Source: Chloroflexota bacterium (lineage in GTDB: Bacteria > Chloroflexota > Dehalococcoidia > Lucifugimonadales > UBA3495). From it: a stretch of DNA of 64,000 nucleotides. Below are positions 38,062-48,985 of the stretch, piece after piece (the stretch's first letter is position 1; each line of letters starts with the position of its first letter). The position numbers and the translations under genes were made by a program. The stretch lies in assembly GCA_009840135.1 (NCBI GenBank), contig VXOH01000008.1, positions 5,450-69,449 of the forward strand, read 5' to 3'. The notes under the pieces are model-generated. The model saw nothing but the letters and a program-made list of their open reading frames with translations. It ran no database searches and was not told where the DNA came from.

Positions 38062-39012
38062 ATGGTTACGCGGTTGGCATACAAGGGAATACTCGCGGCC
38101 ATTGGGAACACCCCGATGGTGGAGTTGCAGAACCTGAGCCCCAAGCCCGAAGTGCGTATCTTCGCCAAGCTGGAAGGGCAGAACCCCACCGGCAGCGTCA
38201 AAGACCGTATCGCACTGAAGATGATCGAGCGGGCCGAGGCTACCGGGGAAATTTCTCCCAACCGCACTATCCTGGAACCCACCAGTGGGAATACCGGCAT
38301 ATCGCTGGCAATGATTGGAAAGCTCAAAGGCTACAAAGTCACCGTAGTCATGCCGGAGAACGTGAGCGAAGAACGCAGCCAGTTACTCTATGCTTACGGC
38401 GCAGAGATAATTTTCTCCGATGGAGAGAAGGGCAGCAATGGTTCAATCGAGGTAGCCCAGGAACTGGCCGAGAAGAACCCCCATGACTACCTGATGATGT
38501 ACCAGTATGGGAATAGCGCCAACCCGGATGCTCACTACGAGACGACGGGCGAGGAGATCATTAACGCGGTTCCCGAAGTGGATACATTTGTTGCCGGATT
38601 GGGCACCGGCGGGACTTTGATGGGGGTTGCGCGCCGCCTTAAGGAATACAATCCCAACGCCAAGATAGTTGCTGTTGCCCCGGAGCCGGATGACTTGATT
38701 TCCGGACTGCGACGACTGGAAGATGGCTTCATTCCTCCCATTCTTGATATCAACATGCTGGATGCCCGGCTGCTGGTGGGCAGTCTGCCGGCTTTCCGAA
38801 CCACTAAGGAACTTCTTCACCAGGAAGGTATATTTGCGGGCATTTCCTCCGGTTCCGTTGTTTATGGCGCCATGAGGCAAGCGGAGCGAATGGACAGTGG
38901 CAACATCGTGTGCTTGCTGGCCGACGGAGGATGGAAGTACCTGAGCACGAGCCTGTGGACAAAAGACTACGATGAACTGGAGAAGGAAGTTCAGGGCAAA
39001 ATCTGGTGGTAG
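38062..39012 (+). CDS. Cysteine synthase (CysK/CysM family, PLP-dependent)
   Basis: The segments IGNTPMVEL, NPTGSVKDRIAL (PLP lysine) and GTGGTLMG are present. The ATG at 38062 is preferred over the track start at 37924. Confidence 0.9.
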   Translation: MVTRLAYKGILAAIGNTPMVELQNLSPKPEVRIFAKLEGQNPTGSVKDRIALKMIERAEATGEISPNRTILEPTSGNTGISLAMIGKLKGYKVTVVMPENVSEERSQLLYAYGAEIIFSDGEKGSNGSIEVAQELAEKNPHDYLMMYQYGNSANPDAHYETTGEEIINAVPEVDTFVAGLGTGGTLMGVARRLKEYNPNAKIVAVAPEPDDLISGLRRLEDGFIPPILDINMLDARLLVGSLPAFRTTKELLHQEGIFAGISSGSVVYGAMRQAERMDSGNIVCLLADGGWKYLSTSLWTKDYDELEKEVQGKIWW

Positions 39013-39111
39013 CACACTTATTGTTCACTCACTGAGACTGGCATGAAGACTGCTTTAACAGCCAGGCTTCAGTGAAAACGCAGCAACGTGAAAATCAGTG
39101 GAAATCAGTCG

Positions 39112-39142
39112 GGTGCGGGATTCGGTATCCCGCACCTTTTTT
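39112..39142 (+). terminator. Rho-independent terminator after the cysteine synthase gene
   Basis: The 10-bp stem GGTGCGGGAT / ATCCCGCACC has a 5-nt loop and is followed by TTTTTT. Confidence 0.85.
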
Positions 39143-39381
39143 GTGCAATTCCCTTGGTTGATTTGGATAAATCACTTGACCCGTCTTTCGGCTCCTTAGC
39201 GCATGGGTGTCGGTTGAGGGCCCCTTGCCCGAGCCCCTGCCAAAGTTGAAAGCGTGTGGGGCGAATGATATACTTGACCGGTGCTTTGGCACGGAGCGGG
39301 TTAGTCCCGCTTTCTTGCTAATTGCCGCAAATTTTTAGATTTGGTTGCAACGTCAAGCAGCTTCAGGACGGGAGCGTGGCA

Positions 39382-40995
39382 GTGAAAAGCGACTTTTTAA
39401 TTGCGTTGACACAATTGGCCGCCGAACGCCATTTGCCCAAGGAGCAAGTGCTCCAGGCCATTGAGGTAGCCTTGGCGTCGGCCTTCAAAAAGGATAACCC
39501 TGCGGCGGGACAGAACATCACCGTCACTCTGAATCCCAATACCGGAGACGTGAGCGTTTTCGCGCTGAAGACGGTCGTTGAGGACGTTGAAGATCCGGCC
39601 AGGGAAATATCCCTGCAGGAAGCAGCGGGCATTAAGCGAAACGTGGAGCTGGGCGATGAAGTTGCCGCAGCCGAACCGCTGCCCCACAATGCCAGCCGGA
39701 TAGCGGCGCAGACGGCCAAGCAGGTGGTTCTGCAGCGCCTGCGGGAGGCTGAGCGGGAGCTTCTGTACGAAGAATTCCTTCAGCATCGGCAGGACATTAT
39801 TACGGGAGTTGTTGAGCAACTGGAGCCCAACCGAAGTATCTTGCTGGACATGGGACGTGCCCAGGCTATTATGCCCCTGGACGAACAGGTCCCCACCGAG
39901 CGGTACAAGAAGGGGCAGCGAATCAAGGTCTTTGTTCTGGATGTCCGCAACGGCCCCAAGGGTCCGGAAATTCTGGTATCCCGCAGTGACCGGGACATGT
40001 TGAAGAGACTGTTCGAGATCGAAGTTCCGGAAGTCTATAACGGTACTGTCGAAATCAAGGGAATCTCCAGGGATGCGGGTTTCCGCAGCAAAGTAGCCGT
40101 TCACTCCACCCAGGAAGGGGTTGACCCTGTCGGGGCGTGCATTGGGCTCCGGGGCAACCGAATACAGAGCATTGTTAACGAACTGCAGGGCGAGAAAATA
40201 GACGTCGTTCCCTGGGAGCCGGATCCCAGGGGATTCATCGCCAAGGCTATCAGCCCCTCGGAAGTCGTTCACGTGGAGCTAAGCCCGCCCGAGCAAACCG
40301 CTATTGTCGTGGTTCCCGACCGTCAGCTTTCGCTGGCCATCGGAAAGGAAGGGCAAAACGCCAGGCTGGCAGCTCGACTGGTGGGATGGCGGCTGGACAT
40401 CAAGGGTCTGACAGAGTGGGAGGAGATCAAGGAGACCCGCCAGCGTGAGATTGAAGAGCAACGGCGCCTGGCCGCTCTTGAAGCCGCAGCAGCCGTGGTA
40501 GAGGCCTCAGATGAAGAACTTACCGCGGAACAGGCCGTTGCCGAGGCTGAAGCCATTGTCGCCGAGGCCGAAACCGCCCTCGAAACGGAGCGCGATGCTG
40601 CCACTGTAACCGAAGGAGCCTCGGAGACACCGGTGACTGAGGCCGAAGCAGCCCCGGCGGCGGTGGTAGAGCCCATTGATGAAGACGCCCTGCTTGAAGA
40701 ATTAATTCGGGAAGAGGAAGGAACCAGTGAAGCTGGTGAGCAGACTGAGGACAGCCTCAGTGTTGATGACCTTGCCTCCTTCACACTCGACGATATTATG
40801 GAAGACGATGAGGAGGAAGCGGATTTCTTCCCCGAACTGCCTGAAGTCCCCATACTAACTCCCGACGCAGGGAAGATTCGGTTCGCAGAGGACATAGTAG
40901 GCGAAAGTCGCGGTGGTGGCCGGGGCGGCCGGCGCTCCAGGCGAAACACCGGCGGCGGAGCGGGCCGGGGCGCCCGGCGCGGCGGTGGAAGGTAG
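39382..40995 (+). CDS. nusA: Transcription termination/antitermination factor NusA with a long acidic region and an RGG-rich C-terminal tail
   Basis: The N-terminal domain, S1 domain and two KH domains are present (GACIGLRGNRIQSIVNEL, AIGKEGQNARLAARL). The GTG at 39382 (or 39376) follows GGGAG. The tail is SRGGGRGGRRSRRNTGGGAGRGARRGGGR. Confidence 0.9.
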   Translation: MKSDFLIALTQLAAERHLPKEQVLQAIEVALASAFKKDNPAAGQNITVTLNPNTGDVSVFALKTVVEDVEDPAREISLQEAAGIKRNVELGDEVAAAEPLPHNASRIAAQTAKQVVLQRLREAERELLYEEFLQHRQDIITGVVEQLEPNRSILLDMGRAQAIMPLDEQVPTERYKKGQRIKVFVLDVRNGPKGPEILVSRSDRDMLKRLFEIEVPEVYNGTVEIKGISRDAGFRSKVAVHSTQEGVDPVGACIGLRGNRIQSIVNELQGEKIDVVPWEPDPRGFIAKAISPSEVVHVELSPPEQTAIVVVPDRQLSLAIGKEGQNARLAARLVGWRLDIKGLTEWEEIKETRQREIEEQRRLAALEAAAAVVEASDEELTAEQAVAEAEAIVAEAETALETERDAATVTEGASETPVTEAEAAPAAVVEPIDEDALLEELIREEEGTSEAGEQTEDSLSVDDLASFTLDDIMEDDEEEADFFPELPEVPILTPDAGKIRFAEDIVGESRGGGRGGRRSRRNTGGGAGRGARRGGGR

Positions 40996-41047
40996 TCTCA
41001 GCCTCCTTTAGATGCTTTAGTGTTCAAGTGCGGGGAGGAGGCGAAAA

Positions 41048-41344
41048 TTGGCTCGTGCCCGGCATATACCTGAACGTAAGTGTGTCGCCTGCGGTCAACG
41101 CGTTCCCAAGCGCCTGTTGACCAGGATTGTCCGAACACCCCAGGGCGAAGTTCAAGCGGATTCCACCGGAAAAACCTCAGGCCGTGGGGCCTACCTCTGT
41201 CATTCCCCCGACTGCTGGGAAAGGGGTTTGCGAAAGGGGGGCCTGGAAAAGAGCTTGCGCTTAAAGATTGCGTCGCAGGACCTCGACAGTCTAATGGACT
41301 TCTATCGCGCGCAAGTGGTGTCGCCATCCCTCCGGGAGGATTAA
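41048..41344 (+). CDS. ylxR: YlxR/RnpM family protein (DUF448)
   Basis: The segments RKCVACGQRVPKRLLTRIV and GRGAYLC are present, in the conserved position between nusA and infB. Confidence 0.85.
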   Translation: MARARHIPERKCVACGQRVPKRLLTRIVRTPQGEVQADSTGKTSGRGAYLCHSPDCWERGLRKGGLEKSLRLKIASQDLDSLMDFYRAQVVSPSLRED

Positions 41345-41345
41345 T

Positions 41346-43139
41346 ATGACTACAGAAGGACAAACGAGGGCAGGTCGCAGGGGCCCGTCTCGAACCCTGG
41401 TTCTGCCGGAAACATTGACCGTCAAACAACTGTCGGAACTGGTTGACCAGAGTCCGGTAGACGTCATCAAACAACTGATGCGTAACGGCATCATGGTTTC
41501 AATGAACCAGATGATTGACCACGAGGTCGCTTCCCTGGTAACAGCCGCTTACGGCATTCGCACCAGGGTAGCCGAGGCCGTAGCCGAGACCGGGTCCCTC
41601 AACAGCTCGGATGGGATGATTGAGGATGAGGCCAGCTTTGTGTCCCGGCCACCTGTGGTTACTATTCTTGGACATGTTGACCATGGCAAAACCAGCCTCC
41701 TGGACTCCATAAGAAACGCACACGTCGCCGACCGGGAGGTTGGTGGCATTACCCAGCACATTGGCGCCTACCAGGTCGAATACAGCGGACAGAGGATCAC
41801 TTTCCTTGACACCCCGGGACATGAAGCATTTACATCAATCCGCTCCCGTGGCGCCCGCGTTACCGACATTGCCGTGTTGGTGGTCGCAGCCGACGATGGC
41901 ATAATGCCGCAAACCGAGGAAGCTATTGACCATGCCAAGGCGGCAGAAGTACCCATCGTTGTCGCAATTAACAAAATGGACCTCCCGGGGGCAGACCCCG
42001 AGCGGGTCAAGCGTCAGTTGAGCCAGCACAATTTGCTGGTCGAGGACTGGGGTGGCGATATTATTTCGGTTCCGGTCTCAGCCAGGACGGGTGACGGCAT
42101 AGACGAACTGCTGGAAAATCTTTTGATTGTGGCCGAAATCTCGGAATTAAAGGCCAATCCTTCCCGCTCAGCCAGCGGCGTGGTAATTGAAGCCAAGCTG
42201 GACCGAAAGCGCGGGCCTATGGCCACGGTGCTGGTCCAGAGTGGGACCCTGGGCGTAGGTGACTTTGTTATAGCCGGGACAGCCTGGGGGCGCGTCAAGG
42301 CCATCAATAACGACCGGGGACGCGCGGTTAAGGGAGTTCTACCGGGGGAGCCTGCCGAACTATTGGGCTTCGGGTCGCTGCCCGAAGCCGGTGATTTAAT
42401 GGCGGTTATGCCCAACGAAAGAACTGTACGGGGTCTGGCCCATGACCGGGAAAGGGCAAAGTCCAGCCAGCAATCCCAGGTCCGCGCCCTCACCCTGGAA
42501 GAGGTAGTAAAGCAGATAGACGCCGGTGACATCAAGGAACTCAACCTGGTACTAAAGGCTGATGTTCAGGGCAGCGTTGAAGCCGTTCGCCAGTCCCTGG
42601 AACGCCTGACCGAAGCGGAGGCCAGGGTGCGCATACTTCACGCCGGCAGCGGAAATGTGACCGAGTCTGATGTGTTGCTGGCCAGCGCCTCTGAAGCTAT
42701 CATTGTGGGCTTCGCGGTGGGGAATGAAATCGGCGTGGAACGGGTAGCAGAGCGCATGGGCGTTGAAATTCGCCACTATTCAATCATTTATCAGATGATT
42801 GATGATGTGGAACAGGCCCTTCACGGCATGCTTGAACCCACCTTTACCGACATAGTCCTGGGAGAAGCAGAGGTCAGGGAGATTTTCCCGGCCCGCCGAA
42901 ACGTCAAGATTGCCGGCTGCCGCGTTACAAACGGCAGAATTCCTCGAGGTTCGGCTATCCGCATCCTGCGGGACGGCGAACTGCTGGAGGAAACCTCCAT
43001 TGCCAGCTTGCGCCACTTCCGGGATGAAGTAAACGAAATCACCAACGGAATGGACTGCGGCATCCTCCTGGAAGATTATAACGACTTCGAAATCGGCGAC
43101 ATTCTTCAGGCCCACCGGCAGGAACGAAGCCAGAGATAG
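41346..43139 (+). CDS. infB: Translation initiation factor IF-2 (short N-terminal form)
   Basis: The motifs [20 protein letters not shown] and NKMD, and the C-terminal domains, are present. Confidence 0.95.
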   Translation: MTTEGQTRAGRRGPSRTLVLPETLTVKQLSELVDQSPVDVIKQLMRNGIMVSMNQMIDHEVASLVTAAYGIRTRVAEAVAETGSLNSSDGMIEDEASFVSRPPVVTILGHVDHGKTSLLDSIRNAHVADREVGGITQHIGAYQVEYSGQRITFLDTPGHEAFTSIRSRGARVTDIAVLVVAADDGIMPQTEEAIDHAKAAEVPIVVAINKMDLPGADPERVKRQLSQHNLLVEDWGGDIISVPVSARTGDGIDELLENLLIVAEISELKANPSRSASGVVIEAKLDRKRGPMATVLVQSGTLGVGDFVIAGTAWGRVKAINNDRGRAVKGVLPGEPAELLGFGSLPEAGDLMAVMPNERTVRGLAHDRERAKSSQQSQVRALTLEEVVKQIDAGDIKELNLVLKADVQGSVEAVRQSLERLTEAEARVRILHAGSGNVTESDVLLASASEAIIVGFAVGNEIGVERVAERMGVEIRHYSIIYQMIDDVEQALHGMLEPTFTDIVLGEAEVREIFPARRNVKIAGCRVTNGRIPRGSAIRILRDGELLEETSIASLRHFRDEVNEITNGMDCGILLEDYNDFEIGDILQAHRQERSQR

Positions 43140-43218
43140 TCCCGGACCCCACGTCCCCACCTTCAGCAAGGTGGGGTTCCCGTTATGGTTCCCTTACTTG
43201 CCTTTAGCGGAGAATGCC

Positions 43219-43632
43219 ATGTCCCGCCGTGCCGATCGAATTAACGGGCTGCTGCGCGAGGAGATCAGTCTCCTGCTTTCCAGGGAGATAAAGGACCCGC
43301 GCCTCGACGGGTTAATAAGCATTACCCGCGTGGATACCTCCAGTGACTTGCGAAACGCCAGGGTTTTCCTGAGTGTGATGGGAGACCAGGCAAGCAAGGA
43401 CTCAGCACTGGAGGGAATTCAATCCGCGGCCAGCTTTCTTCGACGCTCCCTCCGAGACCGCCTGAAGCTCCGATACGTACCCTTCCTCAAGTTTGCCATT
43501 GATGAAAGCATCGAAGACGCAGACACGTTGCTCCGTTTGATGGACCAGATCCAGGACAGGCCGTCAACGCCGGACCATCCACCAGAAGCCCCCGCTTATA
43601 ACGGCCCTCTCTCCTTCTCTCACGGGAGTTAA
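43219..43632 (+). CDS. rbfA: Ribosome-binding factor A
   Basis: The N-terminus reads MSRRADRINGLLREEISLLLSREIKDPRL. The ATG at 43219 is preferred over the track start. Confidence 0.9.
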   Translation: MSRRADRINGLLREEISLLLSREIKDPRLDGLISITRVDTSSDLRNARVFLSVMGDQASKDSALEGIQSAASFLRRSLRDRLKLRYVPFLKFAIDESIEDADTLLRLMDQIQDRPSTPDHPPEAPAYNGPLSFSHGS

Positions 43633-43637
43633 TTTCG

Positions 43638-44699
43638 ATGACTACAGGCAGAAACGGCCCCAATGGCGGCGGAGCGCCACCCGTCAGCGGCTTCATCAAC
43701 CTGTACAAGCCCATAGGAATCACCTCCATGGATGCCCTGCGGCAAGTCAAGACGGTCACGGGGCAGAAGAAAAAAGTAGGACACGCGGGAACAATGGACC
43801 CGTTGGCCCGGGGTGTGCTTCCCATTTGCTTTGGACAGGCAACGCGCCTCATGGAGTACGTTGTGGATGGAAACAAACGCTACTGCATGGACATCCGGCT
43901 GGGTGCAACAACCCAGACCTATGACTCGGAAGGCGAAATCACTCAAGTCCGGAAGCCTGACTACGTCACGCCTGAGATGATAAATGAAGCCTTCCCACCC
44001 TTCCTTGGTACCATTGAACAGAAACCTCCCATGTACAGCGCGGTAAAGGTTGGCGGCCAGAGACTATACAAGCTGGCCCGGGCAGGCGTAGAAATAGACC
44101 GGGCGTCAAGGACCGTAGAAGTTTTCGACATCAGGTTGACCGGCTTCAATCTGCCCACAATCACCCTGGAGGTGGAATGTGGCCGCGGGGTTTACATGCG
44201 TTCTCTGGCCCATGACCTGGGAGCCGTCCTGGGTTGCGGCGGATTTGTAACCGATTTAGAGCGGCAATACTGTGCCGGGTTTGAATCGTCCGACGGCGTT
44301 ACCCCCCAGGACCTGGCAGCTGAAGTTGACCGTTGCCCCGATTCCGAGGCATGGAAGCTCCACCTGTTTCCCATTGACTACGTTCTCCAGAAATTCAGAA
44401 CAGTCATCCTGGGAGAGGCGGCAGAAAAGGGTCTGAAGAACGGTCAGGCAGTTTCAGCGGGCAGGTCAGCGCCCGAAGCCGCTTACCTGGAACAATTCCG
44501 GGCATACAGCCAGGACGGCAGGTTCCTGGCCCTGGTCCGCTACGAACGGGCCGGAAACCTCTGGCAGCCGGTCAAGGTATTCCACAGCGTTGAGTCTTCC
44601 CCATACGCAACCCCTCAACCATCTCCCGTTGACCGAGCCCCATACGGGCACAAATCTGTGGGAAATAGTGCAGCTACTCCCAATTGCCTTGACAATTAG
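43638..44699 (+). CDS. truB: tRNA pseudouridine(55) synthase
   Basis: The segments GFINLYKPIGITS, GHAGTMDPLARG and a PUA-like C-terminus with an extension are present. Confidence 0.9.
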   Translation: MTTGRNGPNGGGAPPVSGFINLYKPIGITSMDALRQVKTVTGQKKKVGHAGTMDPLARGVLPICFGQATRLMEYVVDGNKRYCMDIRLGATTQTYDSEGEITQVRKPDYVTPEMINEAFPPFLGTIEQKPPMYSAVKVGGQRLYKLARAGVEIDRASRTVEVFDIRLTGFNLPTITLEVECGRGVYMRSLAHDLGAVLGCGGFVTDLERQYCAGFESSDGVTPQDLAAEVDRCPDSEAWKLHLFPIDYVLQKFRTVILGEAAEKGLKNGQAVSAGRSAPEAAYLEQFRAYSQDGRFLALVRYERAGNLWQPVKVFHSVESSPYATPQPSPVDRAPYGHKSVGNSAATPNCLDN

Positions 44700-44914
44700 T
44701 CCCAGCTTTGTGTATTACATAATATTGCAGGAACATTTGCTCCCGTACGGCGGCGCTTAGACCACCCAGGGGGCGCAGTCAGTGAAGGAGCAGGGCCGAT
44801 AGCTTCATCAGAGCCCGTAGAGCCACTCGAGACGATGTCTTCAGCGGCTACTTTCGGGCGGGATACCACGGTAGAGTCTCTGGTAATCCAAATTCTTGAT
44901 GGAGGGAGCGGAGG

Positions 44915-45058
44915 ATGGAAGCTTATTGCTTCAAGTGCCGCGGCAAGCGGGAAATCAACAACCCTGCAGAGATAACCCTTAGGAATGGGCGGCCTGCCAC
45001 CCATGGCACCTGCCACCTATGCGGCACAAAGGTGTTTCGAATTGGCAAGTCCGCCTGA
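44915..45058 (+). CDS. DUF5679-type mini zinc-ribbon protein (47 aa)
   Basis: My own translation is MEAYCFKCRGKREINNPAEITLRNGRPATHGTCHLCGTKVFRIGKSA. Two CxxC pairs are present, and GGAGGGAGCGGAGG lies immediately upstream. It is below the ORF-track cutoff. Confidence 0.75.
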   Translation: MEAYCFKCRGKREINNPAEITLRNGRPATHGTCHLCGTKVFRIGKSA

Positions 45059-45165
45059 TCGGCAGATAGAACAGGGGTAGCCCTTTGATCCTACGGTGAA
45101 ACAGAGTGTCCGCCTTTAAGGCAACATTGATTCTTGTGAAGCTTAATCAGGTCGGCCGTTTCTGT

Positions 45166-45207
45166 GAAGGCGCAACATCCACTCGGAAGGTTGCGCCTTT
45201 TTCTTTG
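45166..45207 (+). terminator. Rho-independent terminator about 110 nt downstream of the DUF5679 gene
   Basis: The 10-bp stem AAGGCGCAAC / GTTGCGCCTT is followed by TTTCTTT. Confidence 0.8.
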
Positions 45208-45292
45208 ATCAGCTAACTTTGGTCTCAGCGCCCCAATCCTGTGTTCTGTAGTCAATGGATAAACCCGATGCAGAAAAAGCGGGGTTTTCAAG

Positions 45293-45640
45293 TTGGATAG
45301 TATTGAAAGCATAGGTATCGCCTGCCAGCTGTGCGGAAGGGAGTTAAAGAACCGGTCATCCTTCGCGTTCAAGTCGCCAACAGTTTCCCCGGATGGGTGT
45401 GGTTCTCCTGCAAGCGACTCCATCATCAAGTGCATCTTCTGTGCCTTGCTTCATCGTCCCATGCTCAAGAGATCCGGAATTGCAGCCCTGGTGGTTGGTA
45501 CGGTGCTGACGCTGCTTAACCAGGGAGACCTCATACTATCCGGACAATGGAACAACGCCTTCTACTGGAAGATTCCACTAACTTACTGCGTGCCCTTCGT
45601 AGTGGCCAGTTACGGCGCCCTTATGAACAACCGAAGATAG
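45293..45640 (+). CDS. NrtS-like small membrane protein with an N-terminal CxxC...CxxC extension
   Basis: The C-terminal half reads AALVVGTVLTLLNQGDLILSG...KIPLTYCVPFVVASYGAL, which matches the NrtS family pattern. The N-terminus has CQLCG and CIFC. The start is TTG 45293, or ATG 45461 if the extension is not translated. Confidence 0.6.
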   Translation: MDSIESIGIACQLCGRELKNRSSFAFKSPTVSPDGCGSPASDSIIKCIFCALLHRPMLKRSGIAALVVGTVLTLLNQGDLILSGQWNNAFYWKIPLTYCVPFVVASYGALMNNRR

Positions 45641-45695
45641 AAAAAACTCCACCCCGCGATCTGGGTGGAGTTTTCGAAAGGAGAAGGCCTTCGCT

Positions 45696-46349
45696 CTAGC
45701 CAAACTTGCGTATGACACCCACTACCTTCCCCCTGATCTCAACGTTGTCCGCCTGGCAGAAAATGGGTTCCATGGTTGAATTAGCGGGCTGAAGGCGGAC
45801 CTGGTTACCTTCCAGGTAATATTTCTTGAGGGTCGCCTCTTCCTCTTCCTTGAGCCAGGCTACGACCATCTCCCCCTGCTCAGCCTGCAGGCTCGGCTTG
45901 ACGACGACAACGTCGCCGTCATCAATCAAAGCATCAATCATGGACTGCCCCTGCACCTCGAGCCCGTAAAGCTTGCCGTGCCGCCGCGGCAAATCCGGCG
46001 GGACTTCCACTGTATCGAACTCCTGGCTGGCCTTGCTCCCTTCTGCGGAGAAAGCGGGCAAGGGGGACCCTGCGGCAATGCGCCCCACAATCTGCATCCT
46101 GGGGGCGGAGTTAAGCGGCTGGCCCTCGTCGTCCAGCAGTTCTATGCCGCGGGCCACGTCGGGACGCCGGTTCAAATAACCATCCCGGTCCAGCAGCCGG
46201 AGGTTATAGTCAACTACAGAAGTGGAACTGATCTCGCAAGCCTTCTGTATGTCGCGCACAGTGGGAGGCAAGCCATTCTCGTCAATGAAGGCCTGAATGA
46301 AATCGAGGATTCGCTGGCGTCGGGCAGTTAGCTTCTTGTTCGTAGTCAT
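45696..46349 (-). CDS. lexA: LexA repressor
   Basis: The wHTH reads LTARRQRILDFIQAFIDENGLPPTVRDI. The cleavage and peptidase motifs are VQGQSMIDALIDDGDVVVV and ATLKKY. The ATG at 46349 is preferred. Confidence 0.9.
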   Translation of the reverse strand: MTTNKKLTARRQRILDFIQAFIDENGLPPTVRDIQKACEISSTSVVDYNLRLLDRDGYLNRRPDVARGIELLDDEGQPLNSAPRMQIVGRIAAGSPLPAFSAEGSKASQEFDTVEVPPDLPRRHGKLYGLEVQGQSMIDALIDDGDVVVVKPSLQAEQGEMVVAWLKEEEEATLKKYYLEGNQVRLQPANSTMEPIFCQADNVEIRGKVVGVIRKFG

Positions 46350-46360
46350 AAAAGTTCCTT

Positions 46361-46372
46361 GAACTAATGTTC
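46361..46372. promoter_or_regulatory. LexA (SOS/Cheo-type) box GAACTAATGTTC
   Basis: This is a perfect GAAC-N4-GTTC palindrome 12 nt upstream of the lexA ATG, at the predicted transcription start. Confidence 0.75.
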
Positions 46373-46377
46373 TCAAT

Positions 46378-46406
46378 AATCTATCAAATCAGAACATATA
46401 AGTCAA
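46378..46406 (-). promoter_or_regulatory. lexA promoter TTGACT-N17-TAGATT
   Basis: Read on the minus strand. The spacer contains a second imperfect half-box, TATATGTTC. Confidence 0.65.
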
Positions 46407-46496
46407 ACATTTTATGTCAGTTCTTGCGGCAGTTGTGTTACAGCCAAGGGCATTCTGATTTTCTGCCTCCGAAGGCGCAGCGCTTCTATCCTAAGC

Positions 46497-46529
46497 AACA
46501 AAAAAGAGCGCCGACCATCCAGTCGGCGC
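46497..46529 (-). terminator. Rho-independent terminator after rpsT
   Basis: The 8-bp GC stem GCGCCGAC / GTCGGCGC is followed on the minus strand by TCTTTTTTGTT. Confidence 0.8.
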
Positions 46530-46561
46530 CCTGAATTCTCAAACGGATTTATTCAATCCAA

Positions 46562-46816
46562 TTAATTCTTGATCTGGTTCAGCCTGGCTTCCAGGCGGGC
46601 CTTGCGCCTGGAGGCATTGTTCTTATGAAGGACTCCCTTCTTGACGGCTTTATCCAACAGGCTGATGGCAGACCGAATGGCCGGCTCCGCAACCTCTTCA
46701 TTCCCGGAAGCGACTGCTCTTCGCGCACCGGCAATTGCGGTGCGGGTGGTACGCCGCACGCTCTGGTTGCGACGGTACCGTTTGACTGACTGACGGGCGG
46801 CCTTCCTAGATGGCAA
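46562..46816 (-). CDS. rpsT: 30S ribosomal protein S20
   Basis: The sequence PSRKAARQSVKRYRRNQSVRRTTRTAI...KKGVLHKNNASRRKARL is present. The start codon is TTG. Confidence 0.9.
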   Translation of the reverse strand: MPSRKAARQSVKRYRRNQSVRRTTRTAIAGARRAVASGNEEVAEPAIRSAISLLDKAVKKGVLHKNNASRRKARLEARLNQIKN

Positions 46817-46945
46817 CTGGTTCCTCCATGGGCTTGTGAGAATATGCTCTTTCTATTCGAACCCCGCCATTATACGGCAAGAAACGGAAATTTCCAACTC
46901 GGTTAAACCGGCACTCATTGAACCGACGCCGGGACGGGTTAGTAC

Positions 46946-48985
<2,040 letters not shown>

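Noticed and set aside
39091-39110. A tandem 10-bp repeat, GTGAAAATCA GTGGAAATCA, before the cysteine synthase terminator.
   Set aside because: There are only two imperfect units directly abutting a terminator stem, which is too short to call a repeat array or a binding site.
44696-45016. A 106-aa minus-strand ORF.
   Set aside because: It overlaps, antisense, the DUF5679 gene, which has a strong Shine-Dalgarno and a zinc-ribbon pattern. Its own translation is low-complexity.
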